A stretch of 64,000 nucleotides of DNA from Candidatus Babeliales bacterium. GTDB taxonomy: Bacteria; Babelota; Babeliae; Babelales; JANWKD01. The position numbers and the translations under genes are program-made. Below, piece after piece: positions 20,870 through 30,662 of the stretch. The stretch spans positions 512,001-576,000 of the forward strand of contig CAVRJO010000002.1 in assembly GCA_963722255.1 (NCBI GenBank), given 5' to 3'. Each line of letters opens with the position of its first letter. The first letter of the stretch is position 1. The notes beneath the pieces were generated by a model. The model made no database searches and was not told the origin of the DNA. It worked only from the letters and a program-made list of their open reading frames with translations.

Positions 20870-22319
20870 TGTCAACGCAACGTGAAAAGTTCCGGTATTT
20901 AGCAAAGTAAAAAGTTCCTAACATTAAAGCGCCTCCACGGCCGGCGCGACCGGCTTCAACCTACTCTCACTAGGGGGCAACCCGCCTGCCCAACGTTGGC
21001 TATTTTTTGAAGGCTTTCTTGGTATACAGTCAGATATTTTTTTCTCCTGAATTTGGGGGGTTGGTCGTTGGTAGATTTCGCTAAAAGAAAGTTCTGTTTT
21101 TCGAATCCACAGTTTTATGGTTCCATTTAAATGTACTTTAACAACAATGGTATTTTTTGGAAAAATGATTGTTTTTTGCTGATCGCTTAATTGAAAAATC
21201 TGTTTTTGGTAGGTAATAGTAAAATCATTCGTAAGAATACGAGTCTCTTGTGTGCTAAATATATCGTTTAAATCAAATGATTGAGCGCTAGCATGGGCAT
21301 CGCCTTCTTGGGCAGCAGGAACTTGAAATGCAGCATTATGCTTTGCAATATAATTGCTTGTTCGCAGATAATTATTTGCTTGATCTATTGATGATATCCC
21401 AGCAAGTCTCATTTCCTTAATAAGGCGATCTTGAAGGGTTTGATTGCAACGTTCAACGCGGCCCTTTGCCTGAGGACTATTGGCATGTATAACATCAATT
21501 CCCAAATCTTTACAAGCGCGCTCCCATTGGGTCTTTTTAATATTTTCTTGATTACTCAAATTAACATGGAAAACAGAACCGTGGTCAGTATAAAAAGTTT
21601 GAGGAATCCCATATTTTTCAACGTAATTTTTAGTTGCGGTCATTAAAGCATGCATCGATTCAGAAGGGGCAAACTCAAGCCAAAGGATTTGGCCAGTAGC
21701 ATCGTCAATAAAAACAAGTAAGGTACATACCCCAGCACGCCCTTCAAACCAGTCATGTGGAGAGCCATCAAGCTGAATCATTATGCCAAACATACGCCTT
21801 CTTTCTCGTCGCTTGCGATGCTTGCTGCGCTGTTTTTTAGGTTGCCATATTCCTGCCTTAATCATGACCTTTCTAACAGCTTCTCGACTTATCTTTATTC
21901 CATGCAACTCTTTAAGTTTTTCAGCCGCAAAGGTTGGCCCAAAGCCTTGCCAATCGCTTTCTAACAATGAGATTAACAATCGTTCTTCTCCTTGATCCCA
22001 TCTATTTGGGCTTTCTTTTCCCCTATTGCCATGTACAAGGCCAAAGTCGTCAGATTCACAATATCTTCCATATTTTTCTCTGACCCACCGCTCTGTAAAT
22101 CTCAGACGGGCTGCAGCCTCTGCCTGTGTCATTTTTCCTTCTTTAACCTGAACAAACACTTTTGCCTGTTCTCGTTCTTTGCGATTCATGGTAATATATT
22201 CCATATAAGTTCCGTTGCATTTTTAGAGTTTTTCTTTTTGTTTACAAGATTAAGTTTACCCTAAAAACCGGAACTTTTTACTTTGCGCTATAATAGGAAC
22301 TTATCACTTTGCGCTAACA
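20870..22319 (-). mobile_element. IS1202-type (ISNCY) insertion sequence
   Basis: Ends TGT...ACA; repeated subterminal GGAACTT(T/A)(T/C)ACTTTGC-like sites at both ends; 17-bp duplication GAAAAAACAGCCAAATC at 20853-20869 and 22320-22336. Confidence 0.9.
20924..22204 (-). CDS. ISNCY/IS1202-type DDE transposase
   Basis: N-terminal HTH; IQLDGSPHDWFEGR, FIDDATG, YTDHGS, ANSPQAKGRVER. Confidence 0.93.
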   Translation of the reverse strand: MEYITMNRKEREQAKVFVQVKEGKMTQAEAAARLRFTERWVREKYGRYCESDDFGLVHGNRGKESPNRWDQGEERLLISLLESDWQGFGPTFAAEKLKELHGIKISREAVRKVMIKAGIWQPKKQRSKHRKRRERRRMFGIMIQLDGSPHDWFEGRAGVCTLLVFIDDATGQILWLEFAPSESMHALMTATKNYVEKYGIPQTFYTDHGSVFHVNLSNQENIKKTQWERACKDLGIDVIHANSPQAKGRVERCNQTLQDRLIKEMRLAGISSIDQANNYLRTSNYIAKHNAAFQVPAAQEGDAHASAQSFDLNDIFSTQETRILTNDFTITYQKQIFQLSDQQKTIIFPKNTIVVKVHLNGTIKLWIRKTELSFSEIYQRPTPQIQEKKISDCIPRKPSKNSQRWAGGLPPSESRLKPVAPAVEAL

Positions 22320-22510
22320 GAAAAAACAGCCAAATCTGTACAGTTTATATAGTCTATGCTATAATCTACACAACTTTGGCTTAAAAAGATGGATTTGTTA
22401 TTTATGGTAGAAAAAGCTCAAAAGGTACTGTGTTGCGTTGGATAAATAGTAGAAAAATTTTGAAAAAAGCATAAGAAATCGCAACAATTACAGCAAGATA
22501 ATTGCATCTG

Positions 22511-23050
22511 TCATAACTCTAGCCACTTTCTAAACATGCGAACTACTGATAAACTTTGCGTTGGAAGCGAAGTTTCATTTTTATCAATCCATCGCAATTC
22601 TTTTGATTCACTATTTTGAATAACTTGTTCATTTCCAACAACACGCAATAAAAATCGAACATCATAATGATAGTGTTCTTTCTCACGGCTATTACCGGGA
22701 ATATGGTGAATATCAATATCAAAAATATCACAGCTTACGGGAACAATCTTTTCAATACCTGATTCTTCTTGTGCTTCTTTAAGCGCAACCTGCAACACGT
22801 TAGAATCGCCATCACAATGGCCACCAAGTTGAACCCATAGATCAAGTTTGTGGTGATGCATAAGGAGCGCTTTAGAACAATCATCATTCAACAACCACGC
22901 TGACCCTGTTATATGACCATATTCTAATGTTCGCTCAAAGCAATCAGGATTTTCTTGTATAAAAGCAATCATTTTTTGCTTTGATTCTATCTCTTCGCTT
23001 GCTTCTGGAAAATAATTGTGTAACAATGTAACCAATGATGATCTATGCAT
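22511..23050 (-). CDS. NUDIX hydrolase
   Basis: GHITGSA, WVQLGGHCDG...ALKEAQEESG, HYHYDVRF. Confidence 0.9.
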   Translation of the reverse strand: MHRSSLVTLLHNYFPEASEEIESKQKMIAFIQENPDCFERTLEYGHITGSAWLLNDDCSKALLMHHHKLDLWVQLGGHCDGDSNVLQVALKEAQEESGIEKIVPVSCDIFDIDIHHIPGNSREKEHYHYDVRFLLRVVGNEQVIQNSESKELRWIDKNETSLPTQSLSVVRMFRKWLEL

Positions 23051-23079
23051 CTTTTTCTCAAGATTTAAACTTAAAACAA

Positions 23080-23388
23080 TTATTTTTTAATTATATTCAA
23101 AATATATTTATTATTCAATGTATCCCATTCATTCTTAGCCTCTTCTCCCTTCAATTCCCATTCTCTTCCCTCTTGACCATACACAAAAACCAATTTATAA
23201 CCGGTGTACATAGCTTCCTCCTTCTCACCTTCTTTCTTTTGGACACAAATATCGGTATAGGTTCCATCAATCTCTTCGACCAATTGTATCAATATTGTAC
23301 CCTCTAGTTCCCATTTTCTCACGCGCATAGAATAAAGAGAAGCAACAAAAAACAGGCTTATCATCAATAAAAAAAATTGTTTCATCAT
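23080..23388 (-). CDS. hypothetical secreted protein
   Basis: Signal peptide ending LYSM; AAGGA upstream. Confidence 0.6.
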   Translation of the reverse strand: MMKQFFLLMISLFFVASLYSMRVRKWELEGTILIQLVEEIDGTYTDICVQKKEGEKEEAMYTGYKLVFVYGQEGREWELKGEEAKNEWDTLNNKYILNIIKK

Positions 23389-23394
23389 CTTCCT

Positions 23395-23796
23395 TTAATT
23401 TTTACTATTTTTGTATTTTTGTAACGATTGCCAAATGTGCCATGCACGACTTCCCTCTCGAGTAAGACATGTACCATGCTTTTTACAATGTATAGTTAGT
23501 AATCCAAAAGTTGTTTTTTCAGAGGGATCGCTAACAGTATCTTTAAGTAATTTTTTGATAACAATACATACTTCATCGTGAAAAAAATTATTAAAGGTAA
23601 TTTCTTGATTCAGATCTTTATGGCAAATAATTAAAACATCTGCATTCTGAAAACATTGATTAAGAGAATATTCTCGTCGCTCTGCTAATCCTTGTTCAAA
23701 ATCTTTTATTTTTTGGTCTTCTGAACTCATGCATAAAGAATTATTGACAAAAAATGGTATCATCATTAAAAATTGCAACATAACTATTAACACCAT
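23395..23796 (-). CDS. hypothetical secreted protein
   Basis: Hydrophobic N-terminus from ATG 23796; its tail (GSRAWHIWQSLQKY) resembles that of 23080-23388 (GEEAKNEWDTLNNKY). Confidence 0.55.
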   Translation of the reverse strand: MVLIVMLQFLMMIPFFVNNSLCMSSEDQKIKDFEQGLAERREYSLNQCFQNADVLIICHKDLNQEITFNNFFHDEVCIVIKKLLKDTVSDPSEKTTFGLLTIHCKKHGTCLTREGSRAWHIWQSLQKYKNSKN

Positions 23797-23957
23797 ACTA
23801 TTTTCCTTTATTTCGAAATTCTCTATAACCCAATTTAGATTAAAAAAATTTAGCCTTAGGATCAATTTGTTTATCCTGTATAAGATACCTTATGGCTTTA
23901 TAAAAAAAAAGATTAGAATCATACATAAAAAGATATATCAATAAACAATAGAAGCAT

Positions 23958-24626
23958 ATGATTGAACAAAAAATAAACATCCTAAAAAAAATTGCTCTCA
24001 GCATAGAAACTTTTAATCACAAATCAGACCAACACAAACAATCACTTACAAAAACTTTTTTAAACTATTTAAAAAATAACCCTTATGATACTGATATCTG
24101 GGTTAAATTTGCACTCGTCTCACATTGTTTATTAAGGAATGATGCTCAAGCAATCGAATGCCTCACAACAATACTTACCTATAATCCCGGTAATATATAT
24201 GTGACCATGCTTTTAGTTATCATATCTGAAAAAATCCATCCTATGAGCGATGATCTTTTTGAACAATTATCAGCATTGCAACCTTCAAGTAAAGAACTCT
24301 TATCGCTTATAGAATATCAAAAGGCATGGTACTATCTTGAAAAAGATGAAGCAATTTACCGATATACTCTTGAAAACTCCTTAGACCTTTGTGGTAGATT
24401 TGTATGGAATTTAAGGGCCCTTGGAACAGTTTATTTTTTGCGTAATAACATAAAAGCTGGACGATCATTATTTGAAAAAGCACTTAACAATATTCAACAT
24501 GTTTATAGTCTCCAAGAATATGAACAGATCGGCATTATCAATATTGATGATTTTTTCAATGCTCGTCTCAAGGGAACTCATATTATGCAACCTATGGTGC
24601 TTATGATGATACAAGCACTCAAATAA
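23958..24626 (+). CDS. TPR-like protein, paralogue of 3799-4527
   Basis: NNPYDTDIWVKFAL vs NNPLDTEIWVKLAL; ELLSLIEYQKAWYYL vs ELMSLIEYTKSWYYL. Confidence 0.75.
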   Translation: MIEQKINILKKIALSIETFNHKSDQHKQSLTKTFLNYLKNNPYDTDIWVKFALVSHCLLRNDAQAIECLTTILTYNPGNIYVTMLLVIISEKIHPMSDDLFEQLSALQPSSKELLSLIEYQKAWYYLEKDEAIYRYTLENSLDLCGRFVWNLRALGTVYFLRNNIKAGRSLFEKALNNIQHVYSLQEYEQIGIINIDDFFNARLKGTHIMQPMVLMMIQALK

Positions 24627-24661
24627 AATTTATTAACTGCATTGCCAATAAGGATTTTATT

Positions 24662-25657
24662 GTGGAAATTATTTTTTTTGAGCTTAATGCTATTCAAAAA
24701 GAGCGTTTTAAAAAAGCACTACCTGACGATGATCTCGTTTTTCGACCAGAACCTCTTACAGAAACAAATATTCCTTCTTGCTGCACTGCGCAAATAGTAT
24801 CAATTTTTGTTCACTCAAAAATTACCGAAAAAATTCTTACACAGTTTCCTAAACTACAATTAATTATAACACGCTCAACAGGTTTTGATCACATTGATCT
24901 ACAAGCAACCAAGCGAAGAAATATACAAGTCTGCTTTGCTCCAATGTTTGCAACGGAAAGCGTAGCAGAGCATACTTTTGCACTTTTACTAATGCTCTCA
25001 AAAAAGATAAAACAATCATGCTGTTCATTGGCTATGTTTAGCGCGACTTCTCAATCAATTGAAGGATTTGAGCTTTTTGGTAAAACACTCGGCATAATTG
25101 GACTTGGTAATATTGGAAAAAAAGTGGCTTATATAGCACAGAGCTTTGGAATGAAAATTATTGTTCATGATGATTGTCAAAAAAAAGATCCAACAAATCT
25201 CTATACATTTGTTGATCTTCTCACCTTGTATAACCAAGCAGATATTATTACCTTTCATGTTCCATACACGGCAGAAACATACCATCTCTTGAACCAAAAA
25301 ACGTTACCTCATTTAAAAAAAGGCGTCGTTATTCTCAATACCGCTCGAGGAGAAATTATAGAAACTGAAGCACTACTAGAAGGAATTGAATCCGGTATTA
25401 TTGCTCAAGCAGGTCTTGACGTTCTTGAAGAAGAGCTCTTTACACAAAATCCTTTACAGTACGGCAAAGAAAATAAGTTGTGCGATGAAAAATATAAGCT
25501 TGTTTTACAAAATTATGCACTGATTAATCATCCCAATGTCATTGTAACATGCCATAATGCCTATAATACCGCTGAGGCTATGCAACGAGTAATGGATCAA
25601 ACCATTGAAATAATAAATACCTATAAAAAAGGCAAAAATATTTGCTCAACACCCTGA
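24662..25657 (+). CDS. D-isomer-specific 2-hydroxyacid (D-lactate-like) dehydrogenase
   Basis: TRSTGFDHID, SVAEH, GIIGLGNIG, LNTARG, GLDVLEEE, HNA. Confidence 0.92.
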   Translation: MEIIFFELNAIQKERFKKALPDDDLVFRPEPLTETNIPSCCTAQIVSIFVHSKITEKILTQFPKLQLIITRSTGFDHIDLQATKRRNIQVCFAPMFATESVAEHTFALLLMLSKKIKQSCCSLAMFSATSQSIEGFELFGKTLGIIGLGNIGKKVAYIAQSFGMKIIVHDDCQKKDPTNLYTFVDLLTLYNQADIITFHVPYTAETYHLLNQKTLPHLKKGVVILNTARGEIIETEALLEGIESGIIAQAGLDVLEEELFTQNPLQYGKENKLCDEKYKLVLQNYALINHPNVIVTCHNAYNTAEAMQRVMDQTIEIINTYKKGKNICSTP

Positions 25658-25676
25658 CAACTAGCAAAGAGTCATT

Positions 25677-26654
25677 TTATACGGTGTTATAAGTAAAACG
25701 TTTTTCTTTTGGCAATTGAGTATCCGTGCAATAACGATCACGATACCAATCAATAGTTTTTTGTATACCTTCATTGAGTGAAGTTTTATGGTTCCACCCT
25801 AATGCATGTAAGCGAGTTACATCTAATAATTTTCGTGGTGTCCCATTTGGCAGAGCGGAATTAAAAATAAGTTTTCCTGAATATCCTACATGCTCTTTAA
25901 TAAGAAGAGCCAATTCAAAAATAGAAATATCAAGACCGGTGCCAATATTAATTGGCAAACTATTTTCATAGTTTTGCATCAAAAAAATAAGTGCATCAGC
26001 AAGATCATCAACATACAAAAATTCACGTTTCGGAGTTCCATCACCCCATAATTCAAGTGATGAGATAGAATTTTCTTGTGCATCTACCATCTTTGCAATC
26101 ATTCCAGGCACTACATGAGAGTTGATGAAATCAAAATTATCTTCAGGACCATACAAATTTGTCGGCATACATGAAATAAAACGTGTTTTATATTGTCGAT
26201 TATATGATTGACACAAACCAATACCTGCTATTTTTGCTAGCGCATAAGGCTCATTAGTTTTCTCAAGTGGCCCTGTCATTAAATATTCTTCCTTAATGGG
26301 CTGCTGACAATCACGCGGATATATACATGATGAACCTAAAAATAAGAGCTTTTTTACACCAAACATATAAGAAGCATGTATAACATTAGATTCAATCATA
26401 AGATTATCATATAAAAATTCTGCAGGATAATCGTTATTAGCTTTGATGCCACCAACCTTTGCTGCGGCTAAAAAAACATATTCAGGTCGCTCAGATTCGA
26501 AAAAATGGTTAACAGTTCCTTGATTACGCAGATCGAGTTCTTGAAAATTTTTACTAATGAGATTGGTGAATCCACCTTTATGTAATGCTCGCTTAAGCCC
26601 TGATCCAACTAACCCGGTATGACCTGCAAGATAAATTTTTGAATCTTTATTCAT
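25677..26654 (-). CDS. fcl: GDP-L-fucose synthase
   Basis: GHTGLVGS, AAAKVGGI, LGSSCIYP, YALAK, PTNLYGP, REFLYVDD. Confidence 0.95.
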   Translation of the reverse strand: MNKDSKIYLAGHTGLVGSGLKRALHKGGFTNLISKNFQELDLRNQGTVNHFFESERPEYVFLAAAKVGGIKANNDYPAEFLYDNLMIESNVIHASYMFGVKKLLFLGSSCIYPRDCQQPIKEEYLMTGPLEKTNEPYALAKIAGIGLCQSYNRQYKTRFISCMPTNLYGPEDNFDFINSHVVPGMIAKMVDAQENSISSLELWGDGTPKREFLYVDDLADALIFLMQNYENSLPINIGTGLDISIFELALLIKEHVGYSGKLIFNSALPNGTPRKLLDVTRLHALGWNHKTSLNEGIQKTIDWYRDRYCTDTQLPKEKRFTYNTV

Positions 26655-27776
26655 GATTTTTCCTTTTGTACTATAGTTTCTGCATAGATATAGGGAACAA
26701 TGTGCTCTTCATCAATATGATAGTTAGAATCATTACATAATAATTGCATATCATAATCAACCATTATTTTTACCAATGTTTCAAAATCAACTTTTGGTTG
26801 CCATCCAAGCATAAGACGTGCTTTTTGAGCATCACCCAATAAATAATCAACTTCCGTTGGCCTAAAATATTGCTTATCAATAATAATGAGTGGTTTTTTA
26901 GTTCTTGCATGAACTCCTCGTTCCTCAACTCCTGAACCTATCCATGTAATTGGTATCCCGGTACACAAAAATGCAGCTTCCACAAATTCTCTAACCGAAT
27001 ATGATTGACCGGTTGCTATAACAAAATCATCAGCTTTCTCTTGTTGCAACATTAGCCACATTGCTTCAACATAATCCTTGGCGTAACCCCAATCTCGACT
27101 GCGCATCAAGATTTCCTAAATAGATACTTTCTTGCAATCCTGCTTTAATTCGTGCGACAGCACGTGTTATTTTTCTCGTAACAAATGTTTCGCCACGCAA
27201 GGGTGATTCATGATTAAAAAGAATCCCATTACACGCATACATACCATATGCTTCACGATAATTTACCGTAATCCAATAGGCATACAGTTTTGCAACAGCA
27301 TAAGGAGAACGTGGGTAAAATGGTGTTGTTTCACTTTGTGGATGTGCTTGCACTTTGCCATAGAGTTCACTTGTTGATGCTTGATAAAATCTTGTTTTTT
27401 TAGTTAGACCTAATAATCGAATAGCTTCTAAAATACGTAAGGTACCCAGAGCATCGGCATTTGCTGTATACTCCGGCGTTTCAAAAGAAACGCGAACATG
27501 ACTTTGTGCTGCTAAATTATAAATTTCATCAGGTTGCACTTCCTGAATAATTCTAATTAAATTGGTACTATCGGTTACATCACCATAGTGCAAAATAAAG
27601 TTGTGATTATCATACTCATGTAGATCTTGATAAATATGATCTATACGAGAAGTGTTAAATGAAGATGATCGCCTTTTAATACCATGTACTTGGTAACCCT
27701 TATTGAGCAAAAACTCAGATAAATATGCTCCATCCTGACCGGTAACACCTGTTATAAGCGCCTTCTTAATCTTCAT
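26651..27776 (-). pseudogene. gmd: GDP-mannose 4,6-dehydratase split by one extra base near 27098 (possible sequencing error)
   Basis: [11 protein letters not shown]...[16 protein letters not shown]...LGNLDA in one frame; [14 protein letters not shown]...RPTEVD in the next. Confidence 0.9.
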
Positions 27777-27974
27777 TACTAAATACCTTTGTACTACATC
27801 TAATAAAACTTTTTTCAAATATTTAATCGTTATACTGCCATTCGTTTGCACAATACACAATTCAGAAAGAACAATCAAGAAGCCTCACTCTAATAGCTAA
27901 CTATTGAAAATTAATAATAACCGGTTTTATGCTACAAAGATGAGTTCAAATACTATATTAAGAGGAGCTTTTTT

Positions 27975-28622
27975 ATGAAAATGCATACATTTTATTTAGG
28001 AATTTTTCTTGCTTCAAGTTGCATAATCGCACAAGTTAATGATGAAAATAACAGTAAAGAAGTCATCCCTTCTGAAAAAAAATTTCATATTGGCCAAGGT
28101 TTAACAATTGAACCCAATGAATGGAGTGCAAATAAGTCATTTGTTGTAAAAAGAACTTCTATTGGTTTAGATAGTGAAGTACGAGAAAAAATAATCAATT
28201 CATTACGTACGTTACTTGCAGATAATTATGTTTTATATACTAAAGCATTAAACTTTCATTGGAACGTCGAAGGAGAACTTTTTAGCCAACTTCATGAATT
28301 TTTTAAAAACCTCTACGAATCGTTACAAGAATCAAATGATCTTCTTGCTGAACGTATTCGGGCATTAGGGGGATATTCACCAGGTTCATTACAACAATTT
28401 CTTGTATTAACACAACTGAAAGAAGATAAAGGTGGGAAACTTAATTATCTTGAAATGCTTCGCATTCTTCTTGCTGACTTTGAAACAATAATTCGCGCAG
28501 TGCGCAGTGCGACTGAATTAACTGCTGAAAATAATGATTGGGGAACCAATAATATGCTTGCAGGAATGCTTGAAGGACTTGAAAAGCAGGCATGGATGAT
28601 TCGCGCGCATTTACAAAAATAA
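27975..28622 (+). CDS. dps: Dps DNA-protection/ferritin-like protein with signal-like N-terminal extension
   Basis: FHWNVEG..F..LHEFF, D.LAERIRALG, LEKQAWM. Confidence 0.9.
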   Translation: MKMHTFYLGIFLASSCIIAQVNDENNSKEVIPSEKKFHIGQGLTIEPNEWSANKSFVVKRTSIGLDSEVREKIINSLRTLLADNYVLYTKALNFHWNVEGELFSQLHEFFKNLYESLQESNDLLAERIRALGGYSPGSLQQFLVLTQLKEDKGGKLNYLEMLRILLADFETIIRAVRSATELTAENNDWGTNNMLAGMLEGLEKQAWMIRAHLQK

Positions 28623-28629
28623 CTTAATC

Positions 28630-28674
28630 ATTTGTAGAAAGCTCAGTTGGTATTTCTGTGAGCTTTCTACAAAT
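28630..28674 (+). terminator. 16-bp stem hairpin after dps
   Basis: ATTTGTAGAAAGCTCA ... TGAGCTTTCTACAAAT. Confidence 0.65.
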
Positions 28675-28738
28675 CCTCAAGCTCAACAACACAAAGAAAT
28701 AAAAAAAACAAATATTTCTCTTGCTTTTTAATGACATT

Positions 28739-28771
28739 TAATGGCAGAATAATGGCAGAATAATGGCAGAT
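28739..28771 (+). repeat. 3 x 11-bp tandem repeat upstream of the Fic gene
   Basis: TAATGGCAGAA TAATGGCAGAA TAATGGCAGAT. Confidence 0.85.
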
Positions 28772-28793
28772 TTTTTTATGAAAATATAAAATT

Positions 28794-29882
28794 ATGTTTG
28801 ATCCTAAGTATACAATAACACCTAAAATAGCATCTATTTTAATGCATATCGAAGCATTAAGGCAAGAAATTGACCATTTATCAATAACATCAAAAGTTCT
28901 TGCAAGTTTACGCGAAACAGCACAACTAAAATCCATTCATTATTCAACCTATATTGAAGGAAATCGCTTAACACAGCAAGAGATCATCGATCTTATTTTT
29001 AAAGAAAAACGTTTCCCCAAAAAAGAACGTGATGAAAAAGAAGTTCTTGGTTATTATACAGCACTCAACTATATAGAATCTCTTATTGCAAAAAAAAATA
29101 TACCAACAGAAGCTACCATTAAATATATTCATGCTTTAGTAATGGCCGGTGGGAAAAAAAAAGTAAAGCCAACACCATATCGAGATGGTCAAAATGTTAT
29201 TCGCGATAGCGCAACCGGCAAAATTGTCTATTTACCCCCAGAATCAAAAGACGTACCACTGCTGATGAGTGATTTGGTTTCTTGGATTTCCAAAAATCAT
29301 ACGATTCTTCCATCTCCTTTGCAGGCAAGCATTACGCATTATCAATTTGCTACAATTCATCCTTATTATGATGGAAATGGGCGAACAGCCCGCTTGCTCA
29401 CAACATTTATAATGCATTTAGGCGGCTATGGTCTTAAAGGTTTATATTCTTTGGAAGAATATTATGCTAAAAATCTCCATAATTATTATAATGCCTTAAC
29501 TATAGGCCCTTCACATAATTACTACTTTGGGAGAGCTGAAGCCGATATCACGCCATGGATTGAATATTTTTGTTCCGGAATCGTGGAGAGCTTTGAACAT
29601 GTAAAAAAAGAAGCTCTAAAAGCACAAAAAAAAGGATCTAAAGATATTTCAAAAGAGTTAGCTACACTTGATATACAACAACGCAAAGTATTTCAGGCAT
29701 TCTCAAAAAAGGAATCGTTTACCACTCATGATATTCTTAAAATATTAAAATTAAAGCCTCGAACCGCTCGCGCATTATGCCAAAAGTGGGTTGAGAGCGG
29801 CTTTTTAATTATTATAGATTCTTCAAAGAAAAATAGAACGTATGCTTTATCTCCTGCTTTATCCACAATTGTATCATCCTGA
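28794..29882 (+). CDS. Fic family protein with C-terminal wHTH
   Basis: HPYYDGNGRTAR catalytic motif; STYIEGN inhibitory motif; C-terminal helix-turn-helix. Confidence 0.93.
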   Translation: MFDPKYTITPKIASILMHIEALRQEIDHLSITSKVLASLRETAQLKSIHYSTYIEGNRLTQQEIIDLIFKEKRFPKKERDEKEVLGYYTALNYIESLIAKKNIPTEATIKYIHALVMAGGKKKVKPTPYRDGQNVIRDSATGKIVYLPPESKDVPLLMSDLVSWISKNHTILPSPLQASITHYQFATIHPYYDGNGRTARLLTTFIMHLGGYGLKGLYSLEEYYAKNLHNYYNALTIGPSHNYYFGRAEADITPWIEYFCSGIVESFEHVKKEALKAQKKGSKDISKELATLDIQQRKVFQAFSKKESFTTHDILKILKLKPRTARALCQKWVESGFLIIIDSSKKNRTYALSPALSTIVSS

Positions 29883-30042
29883 TCTGAATAATTTAACGCG
29901 AATAATCGAGGTTGTCATCCCAAGCGAACGCGCGGCAACCCAGTTATAAAGACTTCTCCTTTCCTATCTCCTTTACAAAAAATTCCATTCCTTTATTCTG
30001 ATTTCTGGTTTTGATTCAACATGGTAACAAAAAGGTCCCATT

Positions 30043-30516
30043 ATGAATGAACGAATCACTGCTCGAGTTGTTCTTGTAAATGATGAACACAAAGTTCTTC
30101 TTTTAAAAATGCATTTTGACGGAATGAGTTATTGGCTTACACCTGGCGGCAAAATAGATGAAGGTGAAACGCCGTTGGAAGCTGCTCAAAGAGAATTATT
30201 TGAAGAGACCGGCATTAACAATGTTACACTTACCAATCCTCATACCTGGTATCTTGAGCATATTGGCATGTGCCATGGCGTTGAAACATTATTTAAAGAG
30301 CATATTTTTTTAGCATATACTCAAGAAACAAAAGTAAACTTTGATAATCATATTGATTATGAGCGTAATGCAATTACTTCTTATGCCTGGTGGGATATTG
30401 ATGAATTTAAAAATAAACAAGAAATAGTGCGCCCACAGGGATTTATTGATGAACTTGCACTTATTACCTCATTTGATATCAAATCACCTCAACGAAAACC
30501 AATCTTTATACAATAA
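30043..30516 (+). CDS. NUDIX hydrolase
   Basis: PGGKIDEGETPLEAAQRELFEETG. Confidence 0.92.
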   Translation: MNERITARVVLVNDEHKVLLLKMHFDGMSYWLTPGGKIDEGETPLEAAQRELFEETGINNVTLTNPHTWYLEHIGMCHGVETLFKEHIFLAYTQETKVNFDNHIDYERNAITSYAWWDIDEFKNKQEIVRPQGFIDELALITSFDIKSPQRKPIFIQ

Positions 30517-30529
30517 TATATATATAACA

Positions 30530-30557
30530 TTGACTAAATTAATACCCATGCTACAAT
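30530..30557 (+). promoter_or_regulatory. putative sigma70 promoter of the IS-split gene
   Basis: TTGACT-16 bp-TACAAT with extended TG. Confidence 0.5.
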
Positions 30558-30662
30558 TATTATTAATAAATAATTTTAATTAATTTCCTAATTGAAAAAA
30601 AAATATGATAAAAAAATTAATAACATCTTTTTTATTTTTAGTCACCTTATCATCAGTAAGCA

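Noticed and set aside
24662..25657. CaaX-like ending (CSTP) on the dehydrogenase
   Set aside because: Cytoplasmic enzyme with no signal peptide and a poor CaaX composition; likely chance.
28640..28652. tRNA-like AGCTCAGTTGGTA after dps
   Set aside because: Part of a terminator hairpin; no T-arm or acceptor stem.
29905..29945. REP-like GTTGTCATCCCAAGCGAACGCGCGGCAACCCAG after the Fic gene
   Set aside because: Single degenerate copy with weak pairing; cannot be supported from this window.
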